From contig JBAZUI010000001.1 in assembly GCA_041661425.1 (NCBI GenBank), forward strand, positions 8,507-72,506: DNA of 64,000 nucleotides, read 5' to 3'. Below, piece after piece: positions 62,005 to 64,000 of the stretch (within the stretch, counting starts at the first letter, position 1; each line of letters opens with the position of its first letter). The position numbers and the translations under genes were made by a program. The stretch comes from Patescibacteria group bacterium (lineage in GTDB: Bacteria; Patescibacteriota; Patescibacteriia; UBA9934). The notes beneath the pieces are model-generated. The model worked only from the letters and a program-made list of their open reading frames with translations, made no database searches and was not told where the DNA came from.

Positions 62005-64000
62005 TTATTTTAGACGAATCTGAATGTTGCCATCCGCGGCATCGATCGTGACTTGTGCATCTTCCGGAACATCACCAGCAACGATTTTCATGGCAAGCGG
62101 ATCAAGAATTTCCGTTTGAATCACACGCTTGAGCGGGCGAGCGCCGTATTGCGGATGATAACCTTTCTTTGCTAATAGTTTCTTTGCCCGATCGGTCACC
62201 TTGAGCGTAATGGATCGTTGATCGCGCAAACGCTTTGAGACCTCAAGAATCTGGAGCTCCACAATATCGGCAATATTCTCTTCGCTCAAGGCATGGAAAA
62301 AAATCACGTCGTCAATACGATTCAAGAATTCCGGCTTGAATTGTTCCTTCAAGAGATCAAGGACTTTTGTTTTTGTCTGTTCTTCGTTTGAAGCCGCATC
62401 GCTTGTAAATCCAATGCTTCCGGCCGTATCGGAATGCAAAATCAAATCCGATCCGGTATTTGAGGTCAGAATAATCACCGTATTTTTGAAGTTGACTTTA
62501 CGGCCTTTGGAATCCGTCAGATGTCCATCATCAAGAATCTGAAGAAGGATATTAAAGATATCCGGATGAGCTTTTTCAATTTCATCAAACAACACAACCG
62601 AGTAGGGATTGCGACGGACTTTTTCCGTGAGCTGGCCCGCTTCATCGTAGCCAATATATCCCGGTGGGGAACCGATCATCTTGGACACGGTGTGTTTTTC
62701 CATGTATTCGGACATGTCCACACGAATAAGAGCTTCTTCATCGTTGAACATAAATTCCGCAAGCGCGCGCGCAAGTTCGGTTTTTCCAACCCCGGTCGGA
62801 CCCAAAAAGATGAAAGAACCGATTGGATGCTTTTCCTCGGAAATACCCGCGCGCGAACGGCGAAGCGCATTGCTCACCGCTTTAATGGCTTCCTCCTGAC
62901 CAATCACACGCTGACGCAATTTTGCCTCCATATCCACGAGTTTCTGCATCTCGCTTTCGAGCATTTTCGTAACCGGAATATGCGTCCAACGGGCAACAAC
63001 CATGGCAATTTCCTCGGCCGTAATCACTTCTTTGAGCAGTCCGCGTTTTTCCTGGAATTTCTTCAGTTCGACCTCGGCGGCCTCCATATCCGCTCGCTGT
63101 TTCGGGATGGCATCGTAACGGATTTCCGCCACTCGTTGAAGATTTCCCAAGCGTTCATTCTGTTCGGCTTCGGTGGTGAGGCGTTCGATTTCATTTTTAT
63201 AATCACGAATCTTTTTAATAAGATCCTTTTCATTTTTCCAACGGAGTTCCAATTCAGAAGATTTTTCTTTGATATCAGCAATGGCTTTTTCAATTTCTTT
63301 CATGCGCGCGAGTGATTCTTTTCCTTCTTCTTTGAGAAGGGATTGTCGCTCGATTTCAAATCGCATTTGTTCACGCTTCATGCGATCCAAATCTTCGGGC
63401 ATGGAATCGATTTGCATGCGAAGCGCGGCCGCTGCTTCATCGATCAAATCAATCGCCTTATCAGGGAGATGGCGATCAGTGATATAGCGAGCCGAGAGCT
63501 CTGCTGCGGCGATAATTGCTTGATCGCTAATGCGCACGCCATGGTGAATTTCGTATTTCTCTTTAATGCCACGCAAAATCGCGATCGTATCAGGAACGGT
63601 TGGCTCCACAATCATGACGGGTTGAAAACGACGCTCAAACGCGGCATCTTTTTCGATGTGTTTTTGATATTCCTTAATCGTGGTCGCACCAATCACACGC
63701 ATTTCACCGCGAGCGAGCGCAGGCTTGAGAAGATTTGACGCATCCATAGGGGACTCATCGCCTTTTCCTGCGCCAACGAGTGTATGAAGCTCATCGATAA
63801 AAAGAATGATTTGACCATTTGCCGCCTCAACCTCGTGGATGACAGCCTTTAATCGCTCTTCAAATTCACCGCGGAATTTTGTTCCCGCAATAAGGGAGCC
63901 TAAATCAAGCGAAACGATCTCACGATTCTTAAGAATCTCGGGAACATCGCCCGAAGTAATGCGCTGGGCCAATCCCTCGATGACCGCTGTCTTTCCAACC
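62005..64000 (-). CDS. clpB: ATP-dependent chaperone ClpB (5' end outside the window)
   Basis: Middle coiled-coil domain, NBD2 Walker [10 protein letters not shown], sensor regions and the ClpB C-terminus. The ORF runs off the window end. Confidence 0.92.
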   Translation of the reverse strand, partial: VGKTAVIEGLAQRITSGDVPEILKNREIVSLDLGSLIAGTKFRGEFEERLKAVIHEVEAANGQIILFIDELHTLVGAGKGDESPMDASNLLKPALARGEMRVIGATTIKEYQKHIEKDAAFERRFQPVMIVEPTVPDTIAILRGIKEKYEIHHGVRISDQAIIAAAELSARYITDRHLPDKAIDLIDEAAAALRMQIDSMPEDLDRMKREQMRFEIERQSLLKEEGKESLARMKEIEKAIADIKEKSSELELRWKNEKDLIKKIRDYKNEIERLTTEAEQNERLGNLQRVAEIRYDAIPKQRADMEAAEVELKKFQEKRGLLKEVITAEEIAMVVARWTHIPVTKMLESEMQKLVDMEAKLRQRVIGQEEAIKAVSNALRRSRAGISEEKHPIGSFIFLGPTGVGKTELARALAEFMFNDEEALIRVDMSEYMEKHTVSKMIGSPPGYIGYDEAGQLTEKVRRNPYSVVLFDEIEKAHPDIFNILLQILDDGHLTDSKGRKVNFKNTVIILTSNTGSDLILHSDTAGSIGFTSDAASNEEQTKTKVLDLLKEQFKPEFLNRIDDVIFFHALSEENIADIVELQILEVSKRLRDQRSITLKVTDRAKKLLAKKGYHPQYGARPLKRVIQTEILDPLAMKIVAGDVPEDAQVTIDAADGNIQIRLK

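Noticed and set aside
1-64000. CRISPR arrays or rRNA genes
   Set aside because: No regularly spaced direct repeats with unique spacers and no rRNA-like conserved stretches were seen.

Overview
This 64 kb window looks like a small-genome, low-GC bacterial chromosome segment. The gene content suggests a CPR/Patescibacteria-like organism, but that is inference from compact genes, a short alaS and rpoA, DUF559, a T4-pilus mini-locus and a standalone PduL; no search was run. Most of the window is housekeeping genes on the + strand. These are the heat-shock operon hrcA-grpE-dnaK-(DUF559 insert)-dnaJ, cysS, a TraD/VirD4-like membrane ATPase, dnaX, mnmA, lepA, recJ, rnhA, pilM/REC-like/pilin-like/pilD, ligA, gatCA, lgt and a DsbA / Trx-like / VKOR disulfide set. 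Further along come era, CYTH, NUDIX, spoU, GT2, pduL, murJ, alaS, a ribosomal block (infA-rpmJ-rpsM-rpsK-rpsD-rpoA-rplQ-rplM-rpsI) and a Wzx/GT/O-antigen-ligase polysaccharide cluster. The final stretch has fmt, def, a PriA-like gene, a Mur ligase, a MazG-like gene and a 5'-truncated clpB, plus three tRNAs (Gln-TTG, Arg-CCG, Ala-GGC). The most unusual signal is at least six short cassettes that are visibly GC-rich, with G/C-ending codons unlike the flanking genes. Each has a canonical TTGACA-17-TAnnnT promoter, a strong Shine-Dalgarno and a hairpin terminator, and encodes a small transmembrane peptide or secreted lipoprotein. Two of them share a GGTCCGATCGGACC operator palindrome, and two use an identical 34-bp hairpin terminator. 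Other notable structure includes tRNA 3'-end direct repeats next to tRNA-Gln and tRNA-Ala, and a HigB/HigA toxin-antitoxin pair bracketed by 23-bp direct repeats. There is also an N-truncated IS200/RayT-like transposase fragment carrying REP-like hairpins, and a CIRCE-like operator at hrcA. No rRNA or CRISPR array was seen.
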